Below, in pieces: positions 18,820-28,479 of a stretch of DNA of 64,000 nt. Within the stretch, counting starts at the first letter, position 1. Every line of letters begins with the position of its first letter. Source of the stretch: Spirulina sp. (GTDB lineage Bacteria > Cyanobacteriota > Cyanobacteriia > Phormidesmidales > Phormidesmidaceae); the NCBI GenBank assembly GCA_044070495.1, contig JBIPSI010000007.1, positions 32,001-96,000 on the forward strand, written 5' to 3'. Both the position numbers and the translations under genes were made by a program. Under the pieces are notes generated by a model. It was not told where the DNA came from, searched no databases, and saw nothing but the letters and a program-made list of their open reading frames with translations.

Positions 18820-19302
18820 CTATACCTTACGAATGACTTGGGTAAAGTAGAGCTCAAGCGTATCTTCTGCTAGCTGACCAGCACTATCTACCGATAGAGA
18901 GCCGATTTGGGTTTTATTGCCAGGAAATAGGTCAATGAAATTGAACCGCATGGCTTCTTTCCCGTCTGGATCATAAATGACTAACGATCCATTTTTTCGA
19001 TTTTTAGTGGCTTCAGATCCGCCTCCAGAGAAGGCGTCAGGGTGACACTTGTCGTACCATTCGTACAACTTCTGCTGATCGGCCTCATTACCACCCACGT
19101 AGGTGAGCGTGATTCGTGAGTCGTACTCTACGCCGCCAATTGTGGATTGGGTTTGGGTTACAGCATCCTTAGAGGAGCCAATGGCAGCATCTCCTCCAGC
19201 CACCTTGAGGGTGATTGAAGGGCCAGTCACCTTTTTCACAAACAAACTCGTGACACTATCAATTTCAAAGTAGAACCGCGAACTGGTTAAGTATTGAACC
19301 AT
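18820..19302 (-). CDS. Divergent gp19-like tail tube protein
   Basis: 'SSRFYFEID', 'RKNGSLVIYDPDGKEAMRFNFIDLFP'. Confidence 0.8.
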   Translation of the reverse strand: MVQYLTSSRFYFEIDSVTSLFVKKVTGPSITLKVAGGDAAIGSSKDAVTQTQSTIGGVEYDSRITLTYVGGNEADQQKLYEWYDKCHPDAFSGGGSEATKNRKNGSLVIYDPDGKEAMRFNFIDLFPGNKTQIGSLSVDSAGQLAEDTLELYFTQVIRKV

Positions 19303-19428
19303 GATAGTTAATTCCCCAAATTATTTCTGGTATCTACACGCTGGTGCCTACGGAATTTCTAAGAACTAGATTGTAGGACAAACGGCATTGGTTGCAAAAA
19401 TGCTTGATGAGCCATGCCATCTACGCTG

Positions 19429-19926
19429 CTATTTCTTCCGGTTGAATTTTTCGCAGGTAATGGTATAGGTTTCCTCGATGTAACTGTCGGTGGTGACATC
19501 TAGATCGGCACATTTATATTTAGAAGGCCAAGCCGTGAGAAAATCCCATCGAGCAATTTCCTTGCCGTCGGTGTCGTAGGCGGTGATGCTGCCTTCCTTA
19601 ATGTTGTCGCGCCACTTGCTGTTGCCACCGTTGGAACCTGGCAGGCATTCCTGAAACCACTTGTACATCTTGACGCTGGTGCTGGATGCATCACCACTGG
19701 CAATGCAAACACAATCAAAGCTAAACAAGCCTTCATGGCCTGCGGCGTTTACCTGCCAAACGGTTTTGCCACCTTTGGTTGTGCCGATGGCCTGTTGGCC
19801 ACCCTGAATCTTGGGTTGGTAATTGGGAAGACTAACACTCTTGAAAATGGATTCTTCCCCTTCTACAATTCCCTTAATTTCCAAGTAAAAACTACTTGGG
19901 GCAATGGGTTTATTCAGTTCTGCCAT
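19429..19926 (-). CDS. Divergent gp19-like tail tube protein (first after the sheath)
   Basis: 'KEGSITAYDTDGKEIARWDFLTAWPSKY', 'IEETYTITCE'; strong AGGAGG upstream. Confidence 0.85.
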   Translation of the reverse strand: MAELNKPIAPSSFYLEIKGIVEGEESIFKSVSLPNYQPKIQGGQQAIGTTKGGKTVWQVNAAGHEGLFSFDCVCIASGDASSTSVKMYKWFQECLPGSNGGNSKWRDNIKEGSITAYDTDGKEIARWDFLTAWPSKYKCADLDVTTDSYIEETYTITCEKFNRKK

Positions 19927-19980
19927 AACAACATGTCCTCCTGAGAATCATACAAAATGGGGTATCCTCTCCCTGAGATC

Positions 19981-20088
19981 TCATACTAAATCTGGCTTTT
20001 TTACCCCTGGTATCAGCGGGCGAGGAAACCTCGCCCCTACGATTTATCAGACTGGGAATCGGGGTTTTCTGATACGGATTTGGTATCA
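19981..20088. mobile_element. Small MITE/REP-like element (type C) between sheath and tube
   Basis: Imperfect TIR tcatactaaatctg / cggatttggtatca; internal hairpin gggcgaggaaacctcgcccctac; related sequence at 54736-54805. Confidence 0.65.
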
Positions 20089-20118
20089 AAACAGATTCAG
20101 GAAGAGGAATGCGGAGCT

Positions 20119-21828
20119 TTACTGGTTCGGTGCCCACTGGCTGATGCGGAAGATGACAAATTCCGCCGGACGGACGGGACAAACGCCGACTTCCACGTAG
20201 AGGCGGCCTAGCATCATGGTTTCGTGGGTGTTGAGTTCGCCGTCGCATTTCACGTAGAAGGCTTCGGCGGGGGAAGCGCCAAATAGGGCACCTTCGCGCC
20301 AGAGCCGTTCTAGGAAGTTGCTGACGGTGCGGCTCACCCTAGCCCAGAGGTCTTGGTCGTTGGGTTCAAACACTACCCACTGGGTGCCGATTTCGATGGA
20401 TTTTTCGATGTAGCTGAGCAAGCGCCGCACGCTGATGTAGCGCCACTGCACGTTGTCGGGTTCCACTAGGGTGCGGGCACCCCAAACTTTTAGGCCGCGT
20501 TGGTAGTTGGCAAAGTTGCGGATGCAGTTGATGCCCATGGGGTTGAGCAATTCCTGCTCGCGCATGTTGGTTTCGTAGGAGAGGCCGATGACGCCGCGTG
20601 GGGTTTCGTTGGCGGGGGCCTTAAAGACGCCACGGGATTCGTCGGTGCGGCACCAAATGCCCATCATGTGGCCGCAGGGGGGCACCATAATCGGGCGTCC
20701 GGCGTTGCGGGGGTTGGCCACTTTAATCCAGGGATAGTACAGCGCCCCAAACATGGATCGGCGGTTGAACAGGCTGAGCCACTGGGCCACATCCTGGGGT
20801 TTTTGCTGCTCTGGGGCCACCGGATCCATGCTCTTACCGGGTTTGACCGGGGGCGCATCTAGCACGGCCATGCGGTAGGCGGGGCCGGGGAAGGAGTTTT
20901 CGCACATGCTGAGCATGGATTCCATCACCCCATGCACCTGATCCATATCCATCAGGCCGTTTTGGTAGACCCGCATCAGGTCGGGGAAGGCCACCATGGC
21001 GGCTTCGTCCACCTCAAACATGCCCTGCATCCCGGTGCGGTCGTCCCGTTGGCCCTGGATGTCGCGGGAGAGGCGGCCTTCGGGGGAAATGTAGGGGGGC
21101 GGTGCCACTTCATAGATCCCATTGGCAGGGCGGCGGGAGAGAGCTTGCCCAGACACCGAAATATCCGTCAGGGTGACGTACTCCGAGTCGGCCAGGGCGG
21201 TGACGACGTAATCGGCCACCTCGGCTTCCGGCTCTGGGTTCATGGTCAGGTTGGGATAGCGCTCCAGTTCTTCGCCGTTTTGGGTAACGATGACGGTGAA
21301 AAACTCCCCGGTGTTGAGGGGCGGTTCGGCGTCTTCATCGGCGTCTTCGCCCAGGGGTTTGGGTTCGCCATCGGTAATCACCACCCGCACTCGGCTACCA
21401 CCGGAGGGGGGCAGGGCGGGGGTATCGCTGGCCTCGGCGGCTTGCAGGTTAAACCGCAGGGCGGGCTTGCCGCTGGAGGTCATCAGCTTGTGACCTGTAT
21501 CCTCTGGGGGGGGCACCGGGGAACCGGGCAGGCGGGTGCCAATGCTCGTGACCCAACAGCGACCGCCGCCATTCATAAACCAGCCGTTCACCGCAAAGGG
21601 GAGGTAGGCGTCAAAATCCGTAAAGCCATCGGAACCGGGTTTGGCAAAGGCTTCCAAATACTGGTTCCAGTTGGTCACCAGCATGGGTTTGAAGAGTTCG
21701 GCATCGCCCCGCACATCTTCGGTAAAGCCGATAAAGCCGCCCACGCTGAGGCTAACCCCATCAATGGGGCGACTACCGCGATCCACCTCTTCGACGTATA
21801 CACCGGGAGCAAAATAATCTAGGGCCAT
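20119..21828 (-). CDS. Contractile tail sheath protein
   Basis: 'FAPGVYVEEVDRGSRPI', 'ALYYPWIKV', 'RGVFKAPANE', 'VWGARTL', 'WRYISVRR', 'WVVFEPND', 'PVRPAEFVIFRISQ'. Confidence 0.97.
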   Translation of the reverse strand: MALDYFAPGVYVEEVDRGSRPIDGVSLSVGGFIGFTEDVRGDAELFKPMLVTNWNQYLEAFAKPGSDGFTDFDAYLPFAVNGWFMNGGGRCWVTSIGTRLPGSPVPPPEDTGHKLMTSSGKPALRFNLQAAEASDTPALPPSGGSRVRVVITDGEPKPLGEDADEDAEPPLNTGEFFTVIVTQNGEELERYPNLTMNPEPEAEVADYVVTALADSEYVTLTDISVSGQALSRRPANGIYEVAPPPYISPEGRLSRDIQGQRDDRTGMQGMFEVDEAAMVAFPDLMRVYQNGLMDMDQVHGVMESMLSMCENSFPGPAYRMAVLDAPPVKPGKSMDPVAPEQQKPQDVAQWLSLFNRRSMFGALYYPWIKVANPRNAGRPIMVPPCGHMMGIWCRTDESRGVFKAPANETPRGVIGLSYETNMREQELLNPMGINCIRNFANYQRGLKVWGARTLVEPDNVQWRYISVRRLLSYIEKSIEIGTQWVVFEPNDQDLWARVSRTVSNFLERLWREGALFGASPAEAFYVKCDGELNTHETMMLGRLYVEVGVCPVRPAEFVIFRISQWAPNQ

Positions 21829-21913
21829 GGGCCGCCATCCTTTTCTAAGCTAGGGGTTAAGTCTTGGCACGATGGGTCTCGAATCCAACGGGGAAGGCCC
21901 CGATACGCTAGGC

Positions 21914-22474
21914 TCAAGGCGGCGCATGGGGGAGCGGCAACTCATTCACCCCCATCCGATCCCCGAAGGGAATTTCAAAGGGAGCGGTCACCGAGATTTG
22001 CAGGGCTGGACGCAGGGGGATACCCAGGGTGATCCAGAAGGCGGGTTGGGTGACCAGGGTAATCGGCGTGACCCGCAGGGGCAGGGCTGGATATCGCCGC
22101 AGCGATGGCGACAGAAATCGATGGGGAATGTGGGGCGATTGCAGCAGCAGGCTGAGGCTTTCCGACAACAAGGCTTGCTCCCCGAGGGCGGTGTGGTCGC
22201 AGGCCATCAAGGCAAACACCACGTTGAACCAAATCGGCTGCGATCCGACCCCCAACGCTGGGTCGTGGTTCAGACTGGCCCCAGCGCTGGACGGGACATA
22301 GGGCTGCGGATAAGGACTTTGGGCCGACTGAATTTCGTAGTGGTACAGGTGCAGACAGGGCTTGCTCGAATCGGCGACTTGCCCCGGATAGCCAAAGTCA
22401 ATCTGCTCGGTGCCCGTAAGGGTGGGGCCGGATGCCAGTAGGTTCGCTACCGCCTGGGCAATCGCAGAGATCAT
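21914..22474 (-). CDS. Pvc16/DUF4255-like cap or terminator protein (short)
   Basis: 'PCLHLYHYEI', 'EQALLSESLSLL', 'FWITLGIPLRPALQISVTAP'; first gene of the tail operon. Confidence 0.75.
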   Translation of the reverse strand: MISAIAQAVANLLASGPTLTGTEQIDFGYPGQVADSSKPCLHLYHYEIQSAQSPYPQPYVPSSAGASLNHDPALGVGSQPIWFNVVFALMACDHTALGEQALLSESLSLLLQSPHIPHRFLSPSLRRYPALPLRVTPITLVTQPAFWITLGIPLRPALQISVTAPFEIPFGDRMGVNELPLPHAPP

Positions 22475-22986
22475 AGACCTGACCGAATAGGTTCGCAGAT
22501 TTAGCTTAGGCCCGCTCCGCCGTCTCCACGATTAGACTTAGGTCGAAACTTTGATCCCTACTGTGATCCCCACGGTGGGCAAAATCCCTAGGGCTGCATG
22601 GTGTTCTCCCTGAGATTGGCCCTGCCCCAGGGTGGAGGTATAGGGCACCCTGGGTGGGAAACGTTGCTTTAGTCAGATCGGGCGAATCCCTTGAGTGGAG
22701 GTGAAAGCTGGGAGAGATCCTAAATTTTGTTGAAAAAATACAGCCAATTTGCCGAAGAAACGAGACACTAGCTTTAGTGATTGCCTCATTTTTGCTTTCA
22801 ACGTTCGTCTTAAACGTCTTGTCACGAATCTTTTTGAAAGATTTCCTGAGAGAAAAACCTGAAAATCTATCACTGGCTCAATGGTGTCTGCCCTGAAGCC
22901 CGACTTTCCTTTCCTTAGGAGGTAAGCGACCTGCTCGACCGCTATTCCAGATTGTTTTTCTAGGTTCAGTGGCTCAACGTTCAGTG

Positions 22987-23116
22987 CTGGTTGCCTGACA
23001 AAACTTGCTAGAACCCATATCCGCCAAAGGGTCAGGAGACCTGACCCTTACATGAACCCGATGCCGTAGGGACGCGGAAACCGCGTCCGGCGCAGGATCT
23101 TTTGTCAGTCAACCAG
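22987..23116 (+). mobile_element. 130-bp MITE, type B core, with perfect 9-bp TSD
   Basis: TIR CTGGTTG(C/A)CTGACA; cgttcagtg duplicated at 22978-22986 and 23117-23125. Confidence 0.92.
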
Positions 23117-23547
23117 CGTTCAGTGACTCGAAAACTCGCACCTTGATCTTACCTTTCTAGGCGCTTTATTAAACCCTCTTTTAGGGTTAGAGCCAGGGTT
23201 TGAGGGATCCGTCTAGCCTGCTTCAGCTCGTTAACAAGGGATTATTTACGATCTTTATGGACAGCGAATATGCTGTTTAGCATAGGCCTGACGGGCTATT
23301 CATTATCTGGATTAAAGAGTCGTTTTTTAATCCCAGAATGGCTGAGTCAGAATTTTAGCTTTGGCCTCAAAAACTTAATCTTTTATTCAGATATGGCTTT
23401 GCGATACCTTCGCTAGGGCCTATGGGTAGACGTTGTTTTTCCCTAATATGGTCAAGGTCGGTCTTTTTTAAGGTGGATTTAGCTTCATCGAGCCAGCATG
23501 AATTCTTAATTTAAGTTTGCCCTTTAGTCCTTTTGGAAATTGAACCT

Positions 23548-24753
23548 ATGCTGACGTCAGTGGCTCCACCTTTGTCCCAGGTCGTTCACCGAGAGGATCT
23601 GAATCGGTGGAAGGTGGGCTGGGAAGCCTGTGGTTCGGTGTGTCAGTTGCAAGTCCTGCGGCTAGTGCAGCAGGGCTTGGCGGCGGCAGGGTGGATTATC
23701 TATGACGGGGGTGAGGGCCAATCGGGGTCGCCTAGGGGGCGGGTGGTGGCGGCGGCGGGGGCAACGGCGGCGGTGCCCCATGCACTGTCCTTAACCTCAG
23801 AAACCGCCTTGCAGCGTTTCGCCCACCAAGCTAGGGAGGTGCAGCCGGGGGTGGGGGGCTTCTACCATCGCCTGTCTAGCCCCCAGGGAGGGTGGGTCTA
23901 CGGGCTACGGTTTCCGCTGTCTTCGGGTAGCAGCGAGGCCTATCTACTGCTGTGGCGTCCTGGGGAGGCTGGCCTAGAGAATCACAATGGCTCCATGGTT
24001 GATGCTTCTCCCCTGGAACGGGAGGGGCTAGACCTGGCATTGGAGGTCGCGGCTTTACAGACGGCGATCCGCCTAGATCAAGACCATCGACGGCAACGGC
24101 AACGGGTGGATCGCTATCAAAATATTCTGCGTTGTCTGGAGCATCAACTGCGCCATCCCCTGGCTATGATTCACCTCTATGCGGCGAATCTGCAAAACAG
24201 CTTGACCCAGGATCGGGATCGTCAGCAGGCCCAAACCATCCGCGAGGCCGTCGGGCATCTCAATGACCATCTGACGGATCTGATTGCCGGGTGTCAGCGA
24301 TCCCAGATGCAGGCGGAGGTCTGTTCCATCCCCGACCTGTGGGCAGAGGCGTGGCAGGGTTTGCGTCTTGTGGCCCAAGAGAAAGCGGTCAACTTAGTGC
24401 TGGCGGATCGCCCCCTCACCCTTTGGGGAGATCAATCTCAACTGGTGCAAGCCTTTACCAATCTGCTCCACAATGCCCTCTGCTTTAGCCCACCCCAGGG
24501 CCAAATTTCCGCCCAGTGGCAGGTCTATCACCAGGAGGTCGTGATCACCCTCGCCGATCAGGGGCCGGGGCTTTCCCCCACGGATCTTCAGCATCTCTTT
24601 CGGCCCTACTATTCCAACCGCCCCCAGGGCAGCGGCATTGGCCTCACCGTAGCCCGCCAAATTGTGCAGCAGCACGGCGGCAAACTCTGGGCCGAGAACC
24701 TACCCCAGGGCGGCGCACAGTTTTCGATGGTGTTGCCCTTGGCCCCCTCCTAG
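23548..24753 (+). CDS. Soluble sensor histidine kinase (HisKA + HATPase_c)
   Basis: H-box 'EHQLRHPL', N-box 'NLLHNA', G1 'DQGPG', F 'LFRPYYS', G2 'GSGIGL'. Confidence 0.9.
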   Translation: MLTSVAPPLSQVVHREDLNRWKVGWEACGSVCQLQVLRLVQQGLAAAGWIIYDGGEGQSGSPRGRVVAAAGATAAVPHALSLTSETALQRFAHQAREVQPGVGGFYHRLSSPQGGWVYGLRFPLSSGSSEAYLLLWRPGEAGLENHNGSMVDASPLEREGLDLALEVAALQTAIRLDQDHRRQRQRVDRYQNILRCLEHQLRHPLAMIHLYAANLQNSLTQDRDRQQAQTIREAVGHLNDHLTDLIAGCQRSQMQAEVCSIPDLWAEAWQGLRLVAQEKAVNLVLADRPLTLWGDQSQLVQAFTNLLHNALCFSPPQGQISAQWQVYHQEVVITLADQGPGLSPTDLQHLFRPYYSNRPQGSGIGLTVARQIVQQHGGKLWAENLPQGGAQFSMVLPLAPS

Positions 24754-24832
24754 GTGGGCTTGTCTCCCCCAGGGGAAAGGGGACGTGGGACGGTGACCGT
24801 TGGGGCCTTCGGTTGGATGATTAGGCTCGGTA

Positions 24833-24879
24833 CAGGTTTGGGTAACAGGTTTGGGTGACGGGTTTGGGTGACGGGTTTT
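24833..24879. repeat. 13-bp tandem repeat C(A/G)GGTTTGGGT(A/G)A x about 3.5
   Basis: Seen directly between the kinase and regulator genes. Confidence 0.8.
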
Positions 24880-24918
24880 TGGATGATTGGGTCGTTTGGT
24901 CGTTGCTTCCGATGGTTT

Positions 24919-25590
24919 ATGGATACCCCCATTTCGCTGCTGTTGGTGGATGATTCCCAGCCCTTCCGCCAGGGCATTCGCACGCTGCTGGAGTTCTACA
25001 ACACCAGCACATCGCCGCCGCTGACGGTGGTGGGGGAGGCGGTAACCGAGGCCCAAGCCCTCAAACTCGCCCAAACCCAACGCCCCAACCTAATGCTGCT
25101 GGATATGGAACTGGCCCAAGGCGATGGTTTAGCCGTGCTGAGCCATTTGCGAGAGATGACCCACCCACCCAAGGTATTGGTGTTGTCGGTGCATCGGGAG
25201 GACGAATGGGTGTTTCGGGCCATGCAGGCCGGAGCCCAGGGCTATGTTTGCAAAGACCGAGTCGCCGACCAACTAGTGGACGCCATCGCCACGGTGCTGC
25301 GGGATGAGGTCTATCTATCGCCGCAACTTGCCGCGAGCTTTTTTCGATTGTTTCGGTTCTATGGCGGCCAAACCCGCCCCTGCAACCACACCGTCCACCT
25401 CACAGATCGCGAACAGGAAGTCCTGCACTGGCTGGTGCAGGGAGCTTCTAACGATGCCATTGCCCGCCATCTCCATGTCACGGTGGCCACGGTGAAGGCC
25501 CACCTCACCGGCATTTTTGAAAAACTCAACGTCACCAGCCGCACCCAAGCCATCGTCAAAGCCCTCAAACTCGGACTAGTCTCCGCATGA
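24919..25590 (+). CDS. NarL/LuxR-family response regulator
   Basis: REC 'LLVDD', 'MLLDM'; HTH 'LTDREQEVL...SNDAIARHL...TVKAHLTGIFEKLNVTSRTQA'; ATG at 24919 preferred. Confidence 0.95.
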   Translation: MDTPISLLLVDDSQPFRQGIRTLLEFYNTSTSPPLTVVGEAVTEAQALKLAQTQRPNLMLLDMELAQGDGLAVLSHLREMTHPPKVLVLSVHREDEWVFRAMQAGAQGYVCKDRVADQLVDAIATVLRDEVYLSPQLAASFFRLFRFYGGQTRPCNHTVHLTDREQEVLHWLVQGASNDAIARHLHVTVATVKAHLTGIFEKLNVTSRTQAIVKALKLGLVSA

Positions 25591-26861
25591 GCAACCATCT
25601 CGCCATCGCCACCGTCACCGCCGTGCTCCAGCGCACCCTCCAGGCCAACGTGCAGCGCCATGTGGAATCGGTGCGGATTTCCACCGTGGCCCCCCACCGC
25701 ATCGGCCAGGGCACCCCCGAAACCGGCATCAACCTGTTTCTGTACTACGTCAGCCGCAACAACGCCCTGAAAAACCCCGATGCCCTAGCCCAACGCGCCC
25801 GCAACAAACGCACCCCCTGGCGGCAGGCCGCCCTCGAACTCCACTACATGCTCAGCTTCTACGGCAACGAGGCCGAACTCGAACCCCAGCGGTTGATGGG
25901 CAGCGTGGTGCGCACCTTCAACGACCGCACCCTCCTCCCCGCCGAGCTCATCCAAGACACCCTCAACGACTCCACCTTTAGCTACCTCGATCAGTCCGAC
26001 CTCGGCCAGCAAGTCCAGGAAATCCAAATCACCCCAGAGGACTTGACCCTGGAGGACTTGTCGAAGGTGTGGTCGGTCTTTTTTCAAACCCCCTACGCCC
26101 TCTCCATTGCCTATAAAGTCATGGCCGTGGTGATCGATGGCGAAGACCCCGCCGAACGAGCCCTGCGGGTGCGGGAACGGCCCATCCAGGGCATTGCCCC
26201 CTTCCCCAGTCGGCCCCAGGTGAACCGCATCCTGGCCCAGGAGGGGCCAAACCACCCCATTCTGCCTACCACCTGCCTCCAGATTCAGGGCCATCACCTG
26301 AAGGGAACCCAAACCCAAGTGCGCCTAGGCGGTCAGGACATCGTCCCCCAAGACCTCACAGACGATCAGCTTCACCTGCCCCTTACCACCGTACCCACCC
26401 TACGAGCGGGCATCCAAAGTTTGCAGGTCGTCCACCGCCAAACCCACTCCCTGAGCCGCTTAGACGACCATGCCCCCACCCTGCGGATTAGCTCCAATCC
26501 GGCCCCCTTCACCCTCAGCCCGGTGCTGCAATCCGTCCAGGTCAGCGAGGTGACCGACCACGATGGCGACACCTGCGCCGCCCGCCTCACCCTCACCGTT
26601 ACCCCCACCGTGGGGGCCAGCCAAGGGGTGATGCTCTCCCTCTACGAATGGTCTACCCAGCAGCCCGCCAGCTACCTGATCGAAGTGCCCCCCCGCAGCG
26701 AAGACAGCGACCAAATCACCGTCGCCGTCCAAGGCATCCAAACGGGCACCTACCTGGTGCGCCTCATCGTAGACGGAGCCGAAAGCCCCCTCGACATCGA
26801 CGAAGACCCCACCAGCCCCACCTACCAGTGGTACGCCCAACCTCGGGTGCAAATTACCTAG
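25587..26861 (+). CDS. Pvc16/DUF4255 protein with C-terminal Ig/IPT-like domains
   Basis: 'MSNHLAIATVTAVL', 'INLFLYYV', 'ALELHYMLSFYG', 'LEDLSKVWSVF..PYALSIAYKV'; ATGA overlap with the regulator. Confidence 0.9.
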   Translation: MSNHLAIATVTAVLQRTLQANVQRHVESVRISTVAPHRIGQGTPETGINLFLYYVSRNNALKNPDALAQRARNKRTPWRQAALELHYMLSFYGNEAELEPQRLMGSVVRTFNDRTLLPAELIQDTLNDSTFSYLDQSDLGQQVQEIQITPEDLTLEDLSKVWSVFFQTPYALSIAYKVMAVVIDGEDPAERALRVRERPIQGIAPFPSRPQVNRILAQEGPNHPILPTTCLQIQGHHLKGTQTQVRLGGQDIVPQDLTDDQLHLPLTTVPTLRAGIQSLQVVHRQTHSLSRLDDHAPTLRISSNPAPFTLSPVLQSVQVSEVTDHDGDTCAARLTLTVTPTVGASQGVMLSLYEWSTQQPASYLIEVPPRSEDSDQITVAVQGIQTGTYLVRLIVDGAESPLDIDEDPTSPTYQWYAQPRVQIT

Positions 26862-27010
26862 ACATGAACAGTAGTTCGTAGGCTGGCCCCATCATCGTCA
26901 GTCATTGGGGTGGCTTCACCGGAGTCTAATCTTTCAAGAATTAAAGCTTTGAGGTGGTCTTTGTGGGCTTTGTCTTGTTGAATGAGGGCTTGGATGTAAT
27001 CGTCGGCACT
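26858..27010 (-). pseudogene. ParD-type antitoxin remnant (C-terminal part)
   Basis: 'SADDYIQALIQQDKAHKDHLKALILERLDSGEATPMTDDD' resembles ParD/CC2985-type antitoxin tails; the N-terminal beta strand is missing. Confidence 0.55.
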
Positions 27011-27080
27011 GTGACCGTAATGATAATGTTCATTTAAGTGAAGAGTACAATTAATAAATAATGATCTTTCCAAGAAAGAC

Positions 27081-27869
27081 CTAATTTGCTGTAGCTGTAT
27101 TGCAAACAGCTCTTGCAAATCCAGGATCGCGATTATTCCATACAGGTTCCTGTACAGGCTGCATTTCCCCGATTCCATCGCCCAACATTAGTTCTGCACT
27201 TCGATAATTTTGACAGTCATAAATAACTAAAGCCTCATATTCGGTAGAGACAGTAACAACTTTCAGATAAGACTGTTCCCATTGAATAGAGTTGGCATCA
27301 ATAGCCGCCTCAAAGCCTTCAACTCCTACATATCTAGGCTCTGAGTCTGGCTCTGCGATTTGTGTTGCCTCCACGAATGCTATAGGAATATCAGGTTGAA
27401 ATCCTCTGAATTCTGGAGCGCTAGGTTTGATAAAGTCGAATATAACCAAAAGAATTGCTGGCAGACCAACAATGATCCCAGCAATAGCAACGATGGCTTC
27501 CGTTGATCTTAAAAGCTCTCGCCAACCTCCTATTTGCTTTTCATGCTGAGCCGGAGGGGTATTGTATCTCAATGTAGGTTGAGGTGGCGGTGGTGGTGGC
27601 GTATATGGGGAGTTCTGGTTGCTATGCGTTCTGTGACCTTGAGCTTCGTCTAGCCAATGCCAAATCTCATAAATAGCTCCTCGACCAGTGGGGCCTTCAG
27701 CCCAATTAAGCAACTGCGTTACCCGATCCATTTGAGGCGTTGCGTCGCCAGCAATCAGACCATCGGGGGGGGCGAGGTGAATCAAGAGCGCATTAAACTG
27801 TGGACTAGGTAAACGACAAAGAAGTTGGTATAACTGAGTGCGGCTTCTAAAAGGATAACTAGAACTCAT
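27081..27869 (-). CDS. Single-TM protein: EAD/death-like N-domain, Pro linker, TM, adhesin-E-like C-domain
   Basis: 'LLCRLPSPQFNALL...DRVTQLLNWAEGPTG'; TM 'AIVAIAGIIVGLPAILLVIF'; 'IDANSI...YDC...ARAVC'; ATG at 27869 preferred. Confidence 0.6.
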   Translation of the reverse strand: MSSSYPFRSRTQLYQLLCRLPSPQFNALLIHLAPPDGLIAGDATPQMDRVTQLLNWAEGPTGRGAIYEIWHWLDEAQGHRTHSNQNSPYTPPPPPPQPTLRYNTPPAQHEKQIGGWRELLRSTEAIVAIAGIIVGLPAILLVIFDFIKPSAPEFRGFQPDIPIAFVEATQIAEPDSEPRYVGVEGFEAAIDANSIQWEQSYLKVVTVSTEYEALVIYDCQNYRSAELMLGDGIGEMQPVQEPVWNNRDPGFARAVCNTATAN

Positions 27870-28084
27870 ATCAGACGCAGTGGGGGATAGGGGCTGACCT
27901 ACTGCTATAGTAGCCGTAGCATCCTGGGAATTGCCATACCCCAAACGCCAGTTGTGAGAATTTTGCTAGAGTTGGCTAAAAAACGGTTCCTGGGCAAAAG
28001 GATAGTCTTGCCCAAATCTGGACTTGGGAGCGACAGGAATGGCATTTTCAGCTAGAGCAGAGGTAGGATAAAAATATCAAGTTA

Positions 28085-28426
28085 CTAAGCCGTGGCCATG
28101 AGCTTTTTCATCCATTCCTCGCGCCCATAGATGCCCGCTAGTAAATCAGAGACTTTGAAGGCTTGGCCCAACTCATCCCATAGGATGTATTGGCCGCCGC
28201 CATACACCTCCACCTTTGCCAGTTGTTCATCCGTCACCTCGTCCAGTGGCAACCAAGCTTCGGTATCACTTTGCACCATTTCCAATAGCCGAACAGGCCA
28301 AGCATGGCGGGAACCATCCCGCAGCGTTACTATCACTTCGCGGGTGATGGCATCGTAAATCACACTTTTTGCCAGCTTAAATTCTTCGCTAGACATAATA
28401 TTTCCGGGCTTCGGTTTTGACTCCAA
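28085..28426 (-). CDS. DUF2442-family protein (antitoxin-like); true start may be 28396
   Basis: 'VTDEQLAKVEVYGGGQYILWDELG...SDLLAGIYGREEWM'. Confidence 0.75.
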   Translation of the reverse strand: MESKPKPGNIMSSEEFKLAKSVIYDAITREVIVTLRDGSRHAWPVRLLEMVQSDTEAWLPLDEVTDEQLAKVEVYGGGQYILWDELGQAFKVSDLLAGIYGREEWMKKLMATA

Positions 28427-28479
28427 TTCAGAGTGCAGGACGGGGAAGCTACACTGAACATAACGGATCCTCGTAGCTT

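Noticed and set aside
20500..22441. Long plus-strand ORFs opposite the sheath and Pvc16 genes
   Set aside because: Antisense shadows of GC-rich coding sequence with no motifs.
8396..22474. Prophage or T6SS interpretation of the tail genes
   Set aside because: No capsid, terminase, integrase or TssJLM/ClpV; single sheath with gp19-like tubes and Pvc16 fits an eCIS-type system.
16696..24879. Short tandem repeats considered as a possible CRISPR array
   Set aside because: 7- and 13-bp units without unique spacers; no cas genes in the window.
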